From Phaeosaccion multiseriatum (taxonomy: Eukaryota > Protista > Ochrophyta, other classes): a stretch of 64,000 bases of DNA. The translations under genes and the position numbers were made by a program. Of this stretch, positions 12,134 to 24,991 are shown piece after piece; the stretch's first letter is position 1, and the number at the start of each line of letters is the position of its first letter. The DNA lies in assembly GCA_965112735.1 (NCBI GenBank), contig OZ218952.1:4278001-4342000 (forward strand), read 5' to 3'. The notes below the pieces were generated by a model. It made no database searches. It saw only the letters and a list, made by a program, of their open reading frames with translations, and was not told the DNA's origin.

Positions 12134-13412
12134 CTACTCCCCTCCACCGACCCGCATCACCACCCTCCCCGGGTTACGCTCATCTTCCCATACTTCGAGG
12201 CCCTGCCTCTCGTGCAAATAGGCCAGCACCACGGGCTTGAGAACGCTGACCCCGTCCCTACTGTCTCGGCCTCGGCCGGTGATGACTTTGATCTCAGCCC
12301 CCCGCCTTCGCCTCTGAGAGCACGTGACGAAGCGCTGCCTTGCTCGTTCCCCTGGTGAAGTCGTGCAAGTCCATATCCTGTCCCAGTTTCTTCCAGTGTG
12401 TGAAGACCCCTTGCGACACGGCCTTTCGTACAGCTCGTCAGCAGCCTCCTGCAAAGATTCAATGGTAGCTGTGTAGGTGATTTGATCGGGGGCAAACCCT
12501 TGCTCCTTCATCTCACTGAAGAGCTTCAAGGCCTCCACGTGGTTGTTGCCACATGCAGTGATGACTGCGTTATAGCTGATCACATTAAGCTTCAGTCCTA
12601 CCGCCTAAATCTCAAAGAGCTTCAGGGCCTCCACGTGGTTGTTGTCGTTGCCACATGCAGTAATGGCTGCACTGTAGCTGATCATATCAGGCTTGAGTCC
12701 TACGTCCTTCATCTCCTTTAAGAGCTTCAGGGCCTCCACGTGGTTGTCGTTGCCACATGCACTAATGGCTGCACTGTAGCTGATCACATTTGGCCTGAAT
12801 CCTACCCCCCTCATCTCTTTGAGAAGTTCAGGGCCTCCACGTGGTTGTTGTGGTTGCCACATGCAGTAATGGCTGCACAATAGCTCATCACATCAGGCTT
12901 GAGTCCTACGCCTTCATCTCATTCAACAGCTTCACGGCCTCCACTGGTTGTTGTCGTTGCCACATGCGGTACTGGTTTCATTGTAGCAGTGCCGATTTGG
13001 CTTGAGTCGTACCGTCTTCAGCTCACTGAAGAGCTTCATGGCCTGGGTACATTCTCGCCAGCTCTGCTACACGCCGTGGTGATAATTTTCTGAAGGAACT
13101 CCCTTCATCTCCCAAGGTCTCCACGTGGGTCTTACCGTTGGCTCACGCGGTAATGACTGAGTTATAGCTGTGCTCATATGGCTCAATGTCTTTCTTCTTC
13201 ATCTCTTCCAGAAGTATCAAAGCGCCAAAAAATGAAGCGCGGAAGTCACAGCATTGAGACAGTACAGATCGGGCTGCAGGCCCTCTAGCCGTGCGCGTTC
13301 CAGAGTAGGCACCACCCTATTCCAGTCCTTGGTTGCACCCTGAGCTTGGATCCCTCGCTTGTAGCAGGACACACACAAAAAACTTGGCGACCACGATCTG
13401 CAGGTGGTTCTT
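12134..13412 (-). pseudogene. Decayed PPR-SMR pseudogene, paralog of the 43.7-54.0 kb array
   Basis: Fragments VISYSAAITACGNDNNHVEALKL and C-terminal EIKVITGRGRDSRDGVSVLKPVVLAYLHERQGLEVWEDERNPGRVVMRV match the array genes. There is an in-frame TAG at 12605-12607 (EI* in place of EMK), several frameshifts, and deletions through the N-terminal region. A remnant of the shared upstream motif 'acttggcgaccac' lies at ~13382. Confidence 0.9.
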
Positions 13413-13495
13413 CAACCCGGGGGGGCTTGCCCCCCCCTCTTTTCTACTGCTCTGAAGCGAGAAGCGACACGGTCAGAACGCCCTACAGCTGCAGC

Positions 13496-14672
13496 ATGGA
13501 GGACGAGACGCCTTTATCGCAGCAGTTGCTCTGGCTGGGGCTGTGGCTCTCAAACAACATTGCGGTCACGCTGCTGAACAAGGCGAGTAGAGTGGGATGA
13601 AGGAGGGAGGGGAGGAGGAGAGGAAGAAAAGAAGGCAAGGGAGGGAGGGAGGACCAGCAAGTGAGGGGCTCGTGCATCCTGGTCCTCTAGTCCAGCCGTG
13701 TACTCATGCCCCCCATTCCCTCGGTTCCCTAACGATCTCTCTCTGTTCTCTTCCGTCCCCCTCCCACGATACCACCCGCCACACTCCAGGCCAGCTTTTC
13801 CAAGGTAGACTTTAACTACCCCTTTGTGCTGAGCGCCGCCCACATGCTATGTAACTGGATCGGAACCTACGTCTACATTGCACTCAGTCCCGATGCGCCT
13901 ATTCGGAAGAAACTGGACGCCAAGGGCCATCGAACCATTTTTCTCTTCAGCTTCGTCTTCTCGGCGAATATCGCAATCGGCAATGTCAGCCTTCAGTACG
14001 TCAGCGTAGCCTTCAATCAGGTACGATAGAGGTGAAAGAAGGGAAGCAAATGGGCGGGGAAGAAAGAGTCCCACCTGCTCGAACGGACATTGGGCGGGCA
14101 GGGATGAGTGCCTGCCTCGCATGTCGGAGAAGAGGCCAGGAGGAAAACCAAAAGTACGACAAGTAGTACCACCCGTAGATTATTTGAGAGATTCTTACAA
14201 GCACCTTCTCTCTTGGACAGGTCCCTTCCTCCCTCTCTAGGCCCATATACAGCGCGCACACACACATACGAGAGAGAGGGAGAGGGAGAATTCATCCCTA
14301 TTCTCCCACACACAAACACATACACACACACAGAGAGAGAGAAAGAATTCATCCCTGTTATCCGTTCAATCTGTCCCACTCAAAGCAAATTGCGTTTTTA
14401 ATACTGCTGCCCCACCCCACCCCCCAACCCCTCCCTTGTGTTTCCTTGCCTTACTACAGGTCATGCGAGCCCTAGTTGCGGCTGTGGTAATGCTCATCGG
14501 GTGGATGTTCTTCGGCAAGAGCCACTCTTTCCAGCGCAAACTGAGCATTCTGCCCGTGGTCGTAGGTGTGGCAATGGCCTGCTTTGGAGAGATGAGCTTC
14601 ACCAGCCTCGGCTTCTTCTTTACGGTTCTGTGTGTTCTCCTGGCCGCTCTCAAGGTATGCGTACACGTACGT

Positions 14673-14711
<39 letters not shown>

Positions 14712-15549
14712 GGTTTTGCACAGTATGTTGAACGATTCAAAGAGGCGCTCTCAAGCTTTTCTGTGTATCACTTCCGGCCTATATATTTGTGGTGGGAAAA
14801 GTGCTGGTACGGTCCAGAGAAAAGCGTTACAGCCACCCTCACATTGTTCCTCCACGCTCCTCCCCTCCCCTCTCCCATGCTTTTCTTTCGTCCCCTCCCG
14901 TCTCATGTCCCCTCCACCCTTTTCCCCTCCCTCCCCTCTACCCTCTCCTCTCCTCCCGTCCCCTCTCTCTCCCCTCCCCTCTCCTCTGTCCTCCCCTACT
15001 TTCCTCCGGGCCTCTCTTCTCCCCCCCTGTACACCCCCTCCCCCCTTCATTAAGGTGGTGCTTTCTGGAGAGATGTTAACGGGCGACATTAAGCTCCATC
15101 CTATGGACCTCCTTGGCCGTATGGCGCCCTTGGCCTTCTTTGAAATCTTTACCATCGCCCTTCTCAAGGGGGAGGTGATGGAAGTGGCGAGGAACTGGGA
15201 AGCCATCACTCACTCGGGCGCCTTTGTGGTGGTGGTGACCGGTGCAGTCTTGTCTTTCACACTCAACGTGTGCAGTTTGCAGGCGAACCGATTGACGTCG
15301 CCACTGACCTTGACCATTTGCGCCAATGTGAAGCAAGTGCTACTAATCGCGTTGGGGGCTCTTGTCTTTGCGACGCCCGTGTCTGGGCTCAACGCTCTGG
15401 GTATTGCCGTGGTGGTGCTGGGGTCGATGCGGTATAGCCAAGTATCTTTTCAGGAACAGCACGTCTTGTCAGGGAGGGGCGGAGGAGGGGGCTCCCCCAT
15501 TCCTACGCACCTCCCCCCCCCTCAGGGCCCATCCTCATCCTCGTCATGA
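13496..15549 (+). CDS. Triose-phosphate transporter family / SLC35E-like nucleotide-sugar or sugar-phosphate translocator; 4 exons (13496-13582, 13790-14020, 14460-14654, 15055-15549)
   Basis: TPT-family motifs: [73 protein letters not shown]. Exon phases are consistent. Intron 1 has a GC donor. Confidence 0.9.
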
Positions 15550-16824
15550 AAAGGCAGGGTGGGGAGCCCAGAGCCAAGAACCTTTGGCATCAAGGGCAAG
15601 GCGGAACCTTTGGCATAAGAGAGCATGGTGCGAACGTGACCCGCACCGTTGCTGAGAAGGCACCACCTGGTCTGCCTCGCCTCTCGCTGCGTTGGTGCAG
15701 ATGGAAACACACGGTAATGCCACACTGTGCAAGCGCTCGGACTGGGCTCTTATGTGCCCGCTGATGAGGGTTGCTTTGATCAATTGTTTCTGCCGGCAGC
15801 TTCGAGGGCGAGGGCACTACGTCTTGGGTGGCGGTGTGTGTGTGCGTGTGTGTGGGGGGGGTGGGGAGGCAGGAAAAGGGTGACCGGACCCCGCTCCCGT
15901 TCGAGATTTCCCACCCGCTGGTCCGGAGAAGTGTTCGTATGTATTGATTGGCCTTTGCTTCGGAGCAGCCTGCTGGATGAAGCTGTTGTTTCGACAGGCT
16001 TTGTAGGCACGTGGAGCTGTTTCGAGTTTCGAGAGGCCGTGGTCGATGGCAGACGATGGCAGAGATGGTGGGGGTCCGGCAGATGACGCAGATCACGGCG
16101 CAATTATGCATGTTGAAGCCCAGGGGCTCTGGAACCCTGCTTACTTCGCTTGAAGCAGAGAGTGCCGCCTGACAGCAGGCAGAGGCAACAGCAGCAGTTG
16201 GTGATACAGGAGCAGCAGGTGGCGCGGACGAAGAGAAAGCTGCCCCAAGTCCCAGATAGCAGCGGGCGGGGGCGGCCGGCCAGGGCAAGGGGAGGAGCGA
16301 GGAGCGAGGCAGAAGCACCAGCCAACAACCACCACCCGGTCTGAATTCAGAAGGAGCGATAGGCGTCAGTCTAGCAAAAGTACGACTTTTCACAGCCATG
16401 GCGCAACAACTTCAAAGGGAGGAACGGGCCGGGGACAGCAAGCCCAGGGGTCTTTGCCCTAGACTATCCCGCCCGGCGCCGTGCTCCCCCTTTGTTGGTT
16501 GTGGATGTGTTTATCTGTCACAAGACACCTAGTAGCCACTCACATCTCCAGTAAAGGGGGTGTTTCCCTGTAGTAGGCAGGCGGTGGCGAGGCAGCAACC
16601 GGGAGGCAGGCCAAGGTAGATCGACCGGAAGATCAGAAGAGGAGGGGGAATGAGGAGTGGGCAGGGAAGCAAGGGAATGAGAGAAGAGTATCAATGAGAG
16701 AGTAAGGAGCATTGATGCTTCGGCATTGCTTGCAGCAGGTCACGCTTAACGCTGCAGAACGTCTCCAATAGGTGCAGTACGTGTAGCTTCATTCATTCGC
16801 TACAGCTTCATCATGTGTCCGGCA

Positions 16825-19476
16825 TTATCGCGCCAGAGGAGGAGGCGGAGGAAAAGAGGAGGGCGACGAGGAGGCTCTCGGCCGCTCCTCCTCCTCCTCC
16901 TGCTGCTGCTGCTGCTGCTCCTTTTCCTCCTCCTCCTCCTCCTCCCCGTCCTCTCGCAGACGTTGCTGCTGCTCCCACCTGATGCACAGGACAGGCCACG
17001 TAGTGGCAACAGCAGGGACAGGGGCAGAGGCAGGGGCAGAGGCAGGGGCAGGAGATGACAGAGATTCAGGTTTCCGAGAGGTAGAGACTGAGGGACACTA
17101 TTCCCACATGTATTCCCTCTGTGAGATGAGAGAGAGGCACATATACATCGCGAGAGGCCCACACACACAGATAGAGAGAGCACGTCTACTACCTTGCTTA
17201 GAGAGAGAGAGAGAGAGAGAGCCACACCTTACCTCGCTGACAGACTGTTCTCCACGACCCTGAGCGTGGCTTCCAACTGCACAAGCTCCTCTGCCGTTAT
17301 ACCCTCGCGCAGCCCGCGTCTGAAGGGCGTGCGTGTGTGTGTGATGTGATGTTACAGAGCGGTGTAAAAGGAAAGAGGTCAGCTCGGATTGTCTCCTTGA
17401 CGTCCCCGTCAAACGGAGGCACTACATTCCACATGTTCTTTATGCCTGGTCTTCTCCCTCTAGAGGCAGCAGCAGCTATGGAAGCAACACTAGCTGCAGC
17501 AGTACCAGGAGCAACAAGGGCAGCAGCCGCTCTGAACCACACATCCTTCGTCGCTCTCGCCCCTCCCCCCCTCCCTCCCTTCTCCAACATGGTGCCCCAC
17601 CCTCACTCACCCCCTCCCTCCGCCTCCTCACTCACTCACCCACTCACTCACTCACTCACTCACTCACTCACGCACTCACTCACTCACTCACTCAACTCTC
17701 TCCCTCCCTCCCTTACTCACTCACTCACTCACTCACTCACTCACCTGAACATATCCTCAGCGTTGAGGCCGGTCTGCTGCAGTTTGAGTAGAGACTCGCC
17801 CTTGCCTAGGCTCCATCCTCCGGACCCTACTGAGGCCGAGCCCGAGAACGAACCAAGGCCAGAGCCGCCACCAGAAGCACCAGTAGCATCAAACGAGGGC
17901 CTCCCCTGGACAAAGCCTCCGCCGCCTCCTCCTCCTCCTCCACCACCACCACCACCACCACCACCACCACCACCACCACAATCACCACTGAAGCTGCCGA
18001 TGACCCTGCTTTCGCCGCCTTCGGGGAGCTCTCCCCGGAGGCTACGCTCGAGTATGTATGTGCACACGTACAAGAGCAAGGAGGGGCACAGAGAAAACCA
18101 GCAGTAAGAGGAGTAGAGTCAGCGCGAAGGAGTGGAACAGAGACGGGAGCAAGCAAGAGCAAGACGACCATCGACAACATAAGTCGACTGACACTACACA
18201 CCTGCTGAGGGAGGAGTAGGACTGGTTGACGTTTCCGTGACTGCCCTGCCTGTGACCACGGTCTTGCCGCTGCTGCCCCTGCTCCTCCTCCTGCTGCTGC
18301 TGTATCACCAACTGCTGCCCATTCGTCATTCTTGATTGCCTCTCTGCGTCCTGCAGGCTCTTATGCGTGACGCGGAAGCCCTCAATGACCACCCCCACCT
18401 GACGTAAGGGTACGTAAGTCAGTCAGTCAGTCAGTCAGCAAGGCAGTAAGGCAGTGAGATTGTCTGTTTGCGTCGGCAGTTTATGGCCATCATCCACGAG
18501 TGAGACTCACCAACACGTCCAGGAAGATGGTGCAACAGAGGAGCATGTACACCACAAAGTACAGCGCGTACCAGCGGTTGTTACCGAGCTGTGCACACGA
18601 GATGGCACCAGACGGATTGAGGGGGAGGTGGGGAGATGGCACCAGACGGATAGAGGGGGAGGAGGTGGGGAGATGGCGGGAGAGCCACAGGCGAGGGGAG
18701 GCCAGTCAGCACTTTCTCTTAAGAAAGACCAAACAGGTGCAAGCAAGAAGGCACCACAGAATCGTCTCGTCGAGGAGAGTGGAGTGGAGGGGGTGGAGCG
18801 AAGAGGAGTACCACGTCAAAATGTTAGGGTAAAGCACTTACCACGTCAATGTAAGGGTAAAGCATGTCGTTCCAGTTGTTGGTGACGGTGAGGAAGAAGA
18901 GGCTGAGCATCGCCTGAGGGATTGTCTCAAAGTTGAAGAGGTGCAGCATTGAGTCATCCTCCGGCCGCGCCCCTGGAGGGAGGGAGAATGGAGAGAGAGA
19001 GAGAGAGAGAGAAAGAGATGATGAAGAGAGAGGGAGAGGGAGAGGGAACGAAGACAAAGAGCAGATAGAGAGATCAGAGAAGAGGGGCATACAGAAAGAG
19101 AGAGAGACGGAGAGGTCGAAAGAGAGAGAGAGAAGAGAACGGGTGAGAGAGAGAGAGGGAGATAGAGATAAGGAAGGAAGAGGCAGGGGCAGGGGAGCAG
19201 GGGCAGCGATCAGAAAGCTACGCGTTAGGGGGGGGAGAGGTGAGGGGGCCTTCGTCGTTGAAGAGGTCGTTTCGAGTTATACCTTTGAAGAGGCGCATTC
19301 CGACGACGGCCCACGAGAAGGACACGCTGAAGTAGAGCAGGAGGAGTTGCGACAGCATGGGGAAGACGATGGACAGGCAGTTGGACAGCCGCCGGAGGGG
19401 GCCAAACACGAGTATCAATCTGGCGGGAGGGGAGCGGGGGGGGGGGACATGGCAGGTGTATGGGCAGGCAGGTACG

Positions 19477-19515
<39 letters not shown>

Positions 19516-22500
19516 ACAAAGGAAGCAGTTCCCTCCCTTCCCTCCTCTCCCCTCCCCTCCCCTCCCCTTCACCTCACCTGAGTACCCTGAATGCCCTCGG
19601 GAGCTCCAACACATCCTCGACCAGAGACCTCGTCACATCGCTGGGGACGGCATTCACCAGCCCAGCCGCCAGGAAGTTCACGGCAAGAGCGGGTAGGGAG
19701 GTGCATGCGATGAAGAGGTCGAGAGCGTTCCACAGAGAGCGGCGGCAGAAGCCGAGGGGGCCATCGTGGGCAATGAGACGAACGCCAATCTCCAGGGTGT
19801 ACAGCAGCTGGGGGAGGGGGTGGGGTAGTGGAGTGAGGATGATGATGATGATGAGGAGGATGATGAGGATGAGGATGAGGATGAGGATGAGGAGGAGGAG
19901 GAGGAGGAGGAGGAGGAGGAGGAGGAGGAGGAGGAGGAGGAGGAGGAGGAGGAGGAGGAGGGGTACATATGGGCGAGTAGGGGTCAATCGTCCTCTTTCA
20001 CTCGTTTCCTTTCCGTGCCTTCCCTCTGCACATCAGACACTCACTCACACACACACTCACGCACTTACTGACTTGATCACTTACCAGCGCCACCGCTTCA
20101 TACACCTGCTGAGTCATGACCGCTCTGCACATCGGGCTGAAGGGGGCACCCCCCCCGACGCATCGGGAGAAGGTGAGCTGCGTTGGAGAGAGAGAGAGAG
20201 AGAGGAGGAGGGGAAAGAGAAGGGGGGAGGGAGGGGGGAAGGGAGGGAGCGGGGGAGAGAGAGAAGGGAGGGGGGGGAGGGAGGGAGGGAGGGAGGCAGG
20301 GGCTCAGAGAGGGATGGATACCTATGGATACGGAAAGAAGGGGCGAAGGCAGGGAAGGAAGGGCAGGAAAGGAAGGGCAGGGAAGGAAGGGCAAGTACGA
20401 GAATGGAATCGCGGCCGTCGCGTTGCTTTTCCCCTCCTTCTTACGTTCCTTTCTAACCCCACCTTCCTCGCCTTTCGCCCCCTCCTCCCCGCCCCTATTC
20501 TCCATCTGTGAGCGAATTCCCTCGTTCCACCACCACACCAACCCCACCCCACCCCACCCCACCTGCTTACCTGCTTGTCCTGACTCCAACTGACCGACAA
20601 GAGTGCCAGTACCAGCGTCAGCGCTTGACTCATCGTGGTGAACCAACGCTGATGCACAACAAGCCGGGCCTTGCGACGGAGGGGGGTGAGAGGAGGAGGG
20701 ATAGGGTTTCCGCCTTGGCTCTTGCCAATACCCCATCTTCCTCCTCCTCCTCCTCCTCCTCCCTCTGATGAGGATCCTGATTCTGATCTTGATCCCAACG
20801 GGTCGGGGGTTCTATTCCTGCCCTCTCTTCTCCCAGCAACGCAACGCCGACACAGGAAAGTACCACACAATCACACACACACACACAAGTAAGGTTCACA
20901 AGTATCCAGAGCTGCTTGGGTAAACTCCAACCCCCAACTTACCCCGGGGGGTCTGCGGAGGAGAAGTCCATAGGGCCGTGCTTAGATGGGACCTTCCTTT
21001 GTACATAGCGCCGCGCCTGACACCAGGCCACAGACACAGATCGGGTAGAGCCATAGCAGTTGGTCATACAGCAGCGGCGAAACAACATATAGATTCCAAG
21101 TAAGTGAGTGAGCAAGTATGTTCACTGCATCTCAGTATGTCAGCAAGTGAGTGTATAAGTCCATGCATCCATCTTACCCAATGCAGCACGTCTGCGAGCT
21201 GTAAGAACCCGTCGATGCTCATGACCCCATCCGAGTCCTTCTCCGAGTGCTCCCACAGCGTCTCCGCCTGATGATGTAACGCCCCCCCCCCCCCCGAATA
21301 GAGTAGCAGGCAGGCAGAACAGAGCAGAGTAGAGCAATGTTAGAGCAGATGTAGAGCAGAGGAGGGGAAGAGACAAGAGAGTAAAGTAATGTTAGAGCAG
21401 AGGAGAGGAGGAGAGAAGAGAGTAAAGCAATGTTAGAGCAGATGCAGAGCAGAGGAGAGGAGGAGAGAAGAGAGTAAAGCAATGTTAGAGCAGATGTAGA
21501 GCTGAGGAGAGGAGGAGAGAAGAGAGTAAAGCAATGTTAGAGCAGATGTAGAGCTGAGGAGAGGAGGAGAGAAGAGAGTAAAGCAATGTTAGAGCAGATG
21601 TAGAGCAGAGGAGAGGAGGAGAGAAGAGAGTAGAGCAGATGTTAGAGCAGAGGAGAGGAGGAGACAAGAGAGTAAAGCAATGTTAGAGCAGATGCAGAGC
21701 AGAGGAGAGGAGAAGAGAAAGGAGGAGAGAAGAGAGTAGAGCAATGTTAGAGCAGATGTTACAGCAGAGGAGAGGAGGAGACTGAGGAGAGGAGGAGAGA
21801 CGAGAGTGTCCTCTATGTGCCATCGGAACTGCTCGCCTTGTAGGGCCGTGCAGACCAATCGCACGAAGGTCCTTGTTTTTTTAATGCCCCATCCACTGCC
21901 ATCCCCTCATGAACTCCTCCATCCACTGCCATCCATCCCCTACACCACAGGAACTGACTCGCCTTGAATGCCCTATCCTCCTTGCTTGTGTGCGAGGGGA
22001 GGGCCATACAGAGCAATCGCACGAAGTTGTCCTTATTGATGCCCCGCAGGCCTTCGTCATCCACAATGTAGTACGCAGCCAGGAGGGCCTTGCGTGCCTT
22101 GTAGAGTAGAGATCGACATAAGACATCGACACAGTGCGGTGAGGTGAGTGTAGTTTAGTGTGTTGAAGGAAGGAGAGGCGAGTGTGAGGTGAGTGAGGTG
22201 AGGTGAGGTGAGGTGAGGTGAGGTGAGGTGAGGTGAGGTGAGGTGAGAGGTGAGGTGAGGTGAGGTGAGGTGAGGTGAGGTGAGGTGAGGTGAGGTGAGG
22301 TGAGGTGAGGTGAGGTGAGGTGAGGTGAGGTGAGGTGAGGTGAGGTGAGGTGAGGTGCGGAGAGTGTGAGGTGAGGTGAGATGAGGGGGAGACGGGGGGG
22401 GGTTGAGATGAACAGAGGGCGAAACACAAAGCGAAGCACGAGCATAGCATTCTGACTCCTCCCTGCCTATTGACCATTGCTTTACCACTACATTTTCCAC

Positions 22501-22993
22501 TGCGTGGCCTTTGCTTGACCTTTGCTTGACCTCACCTTGGTATGCGAGCGCTCCACTTGCTTGCTGTGCCTGGTGGCGTAACTGTCGAGCACGATACCGA
22601 GCATGAGCGGCAGCACGACAACGATGAACACCACCACGAAGGACACGAAGAACGGGTATGCCACGTAAGGACGTTGCTCTGAGTACAAGTATAGACATAC
22701 ATACGGGTAGGGAGAAGACTGAGTTGCTGAGGTATACAGACAGACATACGGGTAGGGAGGGTTGAGGTACTGAGGTTTACAGAAATACAGAAATACAGAA
22801 ATACAGAAATACAGAAATACATACATACATACATACATACATACATACATACATACGGTTAGGAAGGTTTGAGCTATTGACGGAGGCGCTGGGTGAGTGA
22901 CTGAGTGACTGAATCACTCCCTCACGAACGTGCGCACACACACATACACACACTCGAGCCACACGCACCCGCACACACACACACACACGCACG

Positions 22994-23071
<78 letters not shown>

Positions 23072-23348
23072 GAAGGCAGGCTGTGCCGCCATGGGAAAGT
23101 TCTCTTCCGTGGTGAGGACATACAGCGTCAAGAGCGCGGGGCCGAAGGAGTTGAAGTTGTCGTTGGTGGGGCTGAAGCCCGACACCTGGTACCACCCATG
23201 TAGGCAAGGGAGGCGGGAACAGGGCAGGGCAGGGCAGAAGGAAGAGAGAGAGATAGAGAGAGAGGGAGGGATGATCGCGTACACCGAGAGGGGGAACGGT
23301 AGGGAGTGTGGATGGCTACTCAAGCACGTCGTTGTATATATATAATAG

Positions 23349-23415
<67 letters not shown>

Positions 23416-24957
23416 GTGATTGACAGATTGATTGACTGATGATACAGTGACTGAGTAAACCTACCTGTTCGTCGTTGAAAAGGCCAACACCCAATACGCT
23501 GTAGAACGTGAGCACCACGGCTCCGAGCAGGAGGATATCCCTCGTGCTTGCGATGGTGCGAAGGACGTTGGAGAACACTCGGCGGAGCACCTCCAGCTAC
23601 TCAGTAGGTGGGCGTTAGGGTGGGGGTGGGGGGTGCGTAGGTGGGTGGAAGGGGAACAGAGGAGACGGGAGGGAGAGAGGTACGTTAGGGAGGCCAATCA
23701 GAGAGCCAGCAAGAGAGCCTGGCAAGAGAGTCAGACAGAGCTGGAGAGAGTATCAGACCGAGAGCCAGACAGAGAGCCAGCAAGAGAGTCAGACAAAGCT
23801 GGACAGAGTATCAGACCGAGCGGGGACGGAGGAGGGCGGGTCCCATGTCCTTAACGTACCTGGGAGATGAGCATGTAGGGCCTCAAGAACTGGCTCATGA
23901 GCTGAATGTGGCACGCCTTCTCCATGTCCCTCGCCCTCGAGCCCGTTGCAAACACGAGCGCCAGGGCCATCACCCCGACCACAATCTGCATACGATACGT
24001 ACACAATTACGTAAGACAATACATAACGTTTCATTGCATACCACGTGGGATGGGTCAGAGCTTTGGGTCGAGAAGGGGAGGCACAGGTGGATGAATGGAT
24101 GGATAGGTGGATGGGTGGGTGGGTGGGTGGGTTGGTGGATAGGCTGCGAGACCTGTTAAGTCTTTTGCGTCCGTCATTTCGGCTCGGCTGACTGACCCAC
24201 CAACCCATTGACCGACTGACCGACTGACCGACCGACCGACCGCACCGCAGTATATATACCTGCGTCGCCGCCAGAGCCACAAAGGCGACGAACCACTTCT
24301 TATCCTTCATGACGGTCCTCCCATAGGCCACGCACGTGAGGCAGATATGTCCGACGTAGGCTGCCCAGATCAGGCACTTGGATAAGATCACCCACCGGGA
24401 GAAGGCGCACTCCCAGGTGGGTAGGATCATGTGAAACATTATGATGGCGCAGAGGATGGGCCTATAGATTGGGGCATGGTCACATCATCAGGCAGAAAGC
24501 AGGGTAGGTGCGTGTGTAGGTAGGTAAATAGTTAAAGTAAGGGGGGTAGGTAGGTAGGTAGGTGGGTAGGTAGGGAGGAGTGTAGGTGGGTAAGCTTTGA
24601 AGTAGAGAGGTAGAGGGTTCGTTTTTAAGTTTGCCAAACATGTACACAGGGATAGGTTTGGCGCGGTTATGGGCGGTCGAGAGGGAAATCCAATCCACAC
24701 ACAAGGGGAAGGGCACATAGTCAGAGCAGCACAAGGAAGGGAAGGGATGGGAGCGATGGCCCGTGTAGGTCGTGTTGTCTGATGGCAGCTTACGCACGTG
24801 TACATTCGGTGCTGTACAACGTCCAGCCACCACGTCTCCCTGTGTCTGAAGCTCTCGATGGCCGAGTCTACGTTGCGCCCTTCCATGGCGCAGGACACGA
24901 AGCGAGCCGCGAACTTGAGTCTGGAGGGCAGGGTATGTGTGTGTGCGTGTGCGTGTA

Positions 24958-24991
<34 letters not shown>

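Noticed and set aside
15590-16399. 269-aa minus-strand ORF between the transporter and TPC
   Set aside because: No recognisable motif and it includes translated (CA)n repeat; it probably lies in UTR/intergenic sequence between convergent genes.
21312-21800. Regular repeat array superficially like a CRISPR
   Set aside because: It has no unique spacers, lies in an intron of a eukaryotic gene and has no cas genes nearby; it is a minisatellite.
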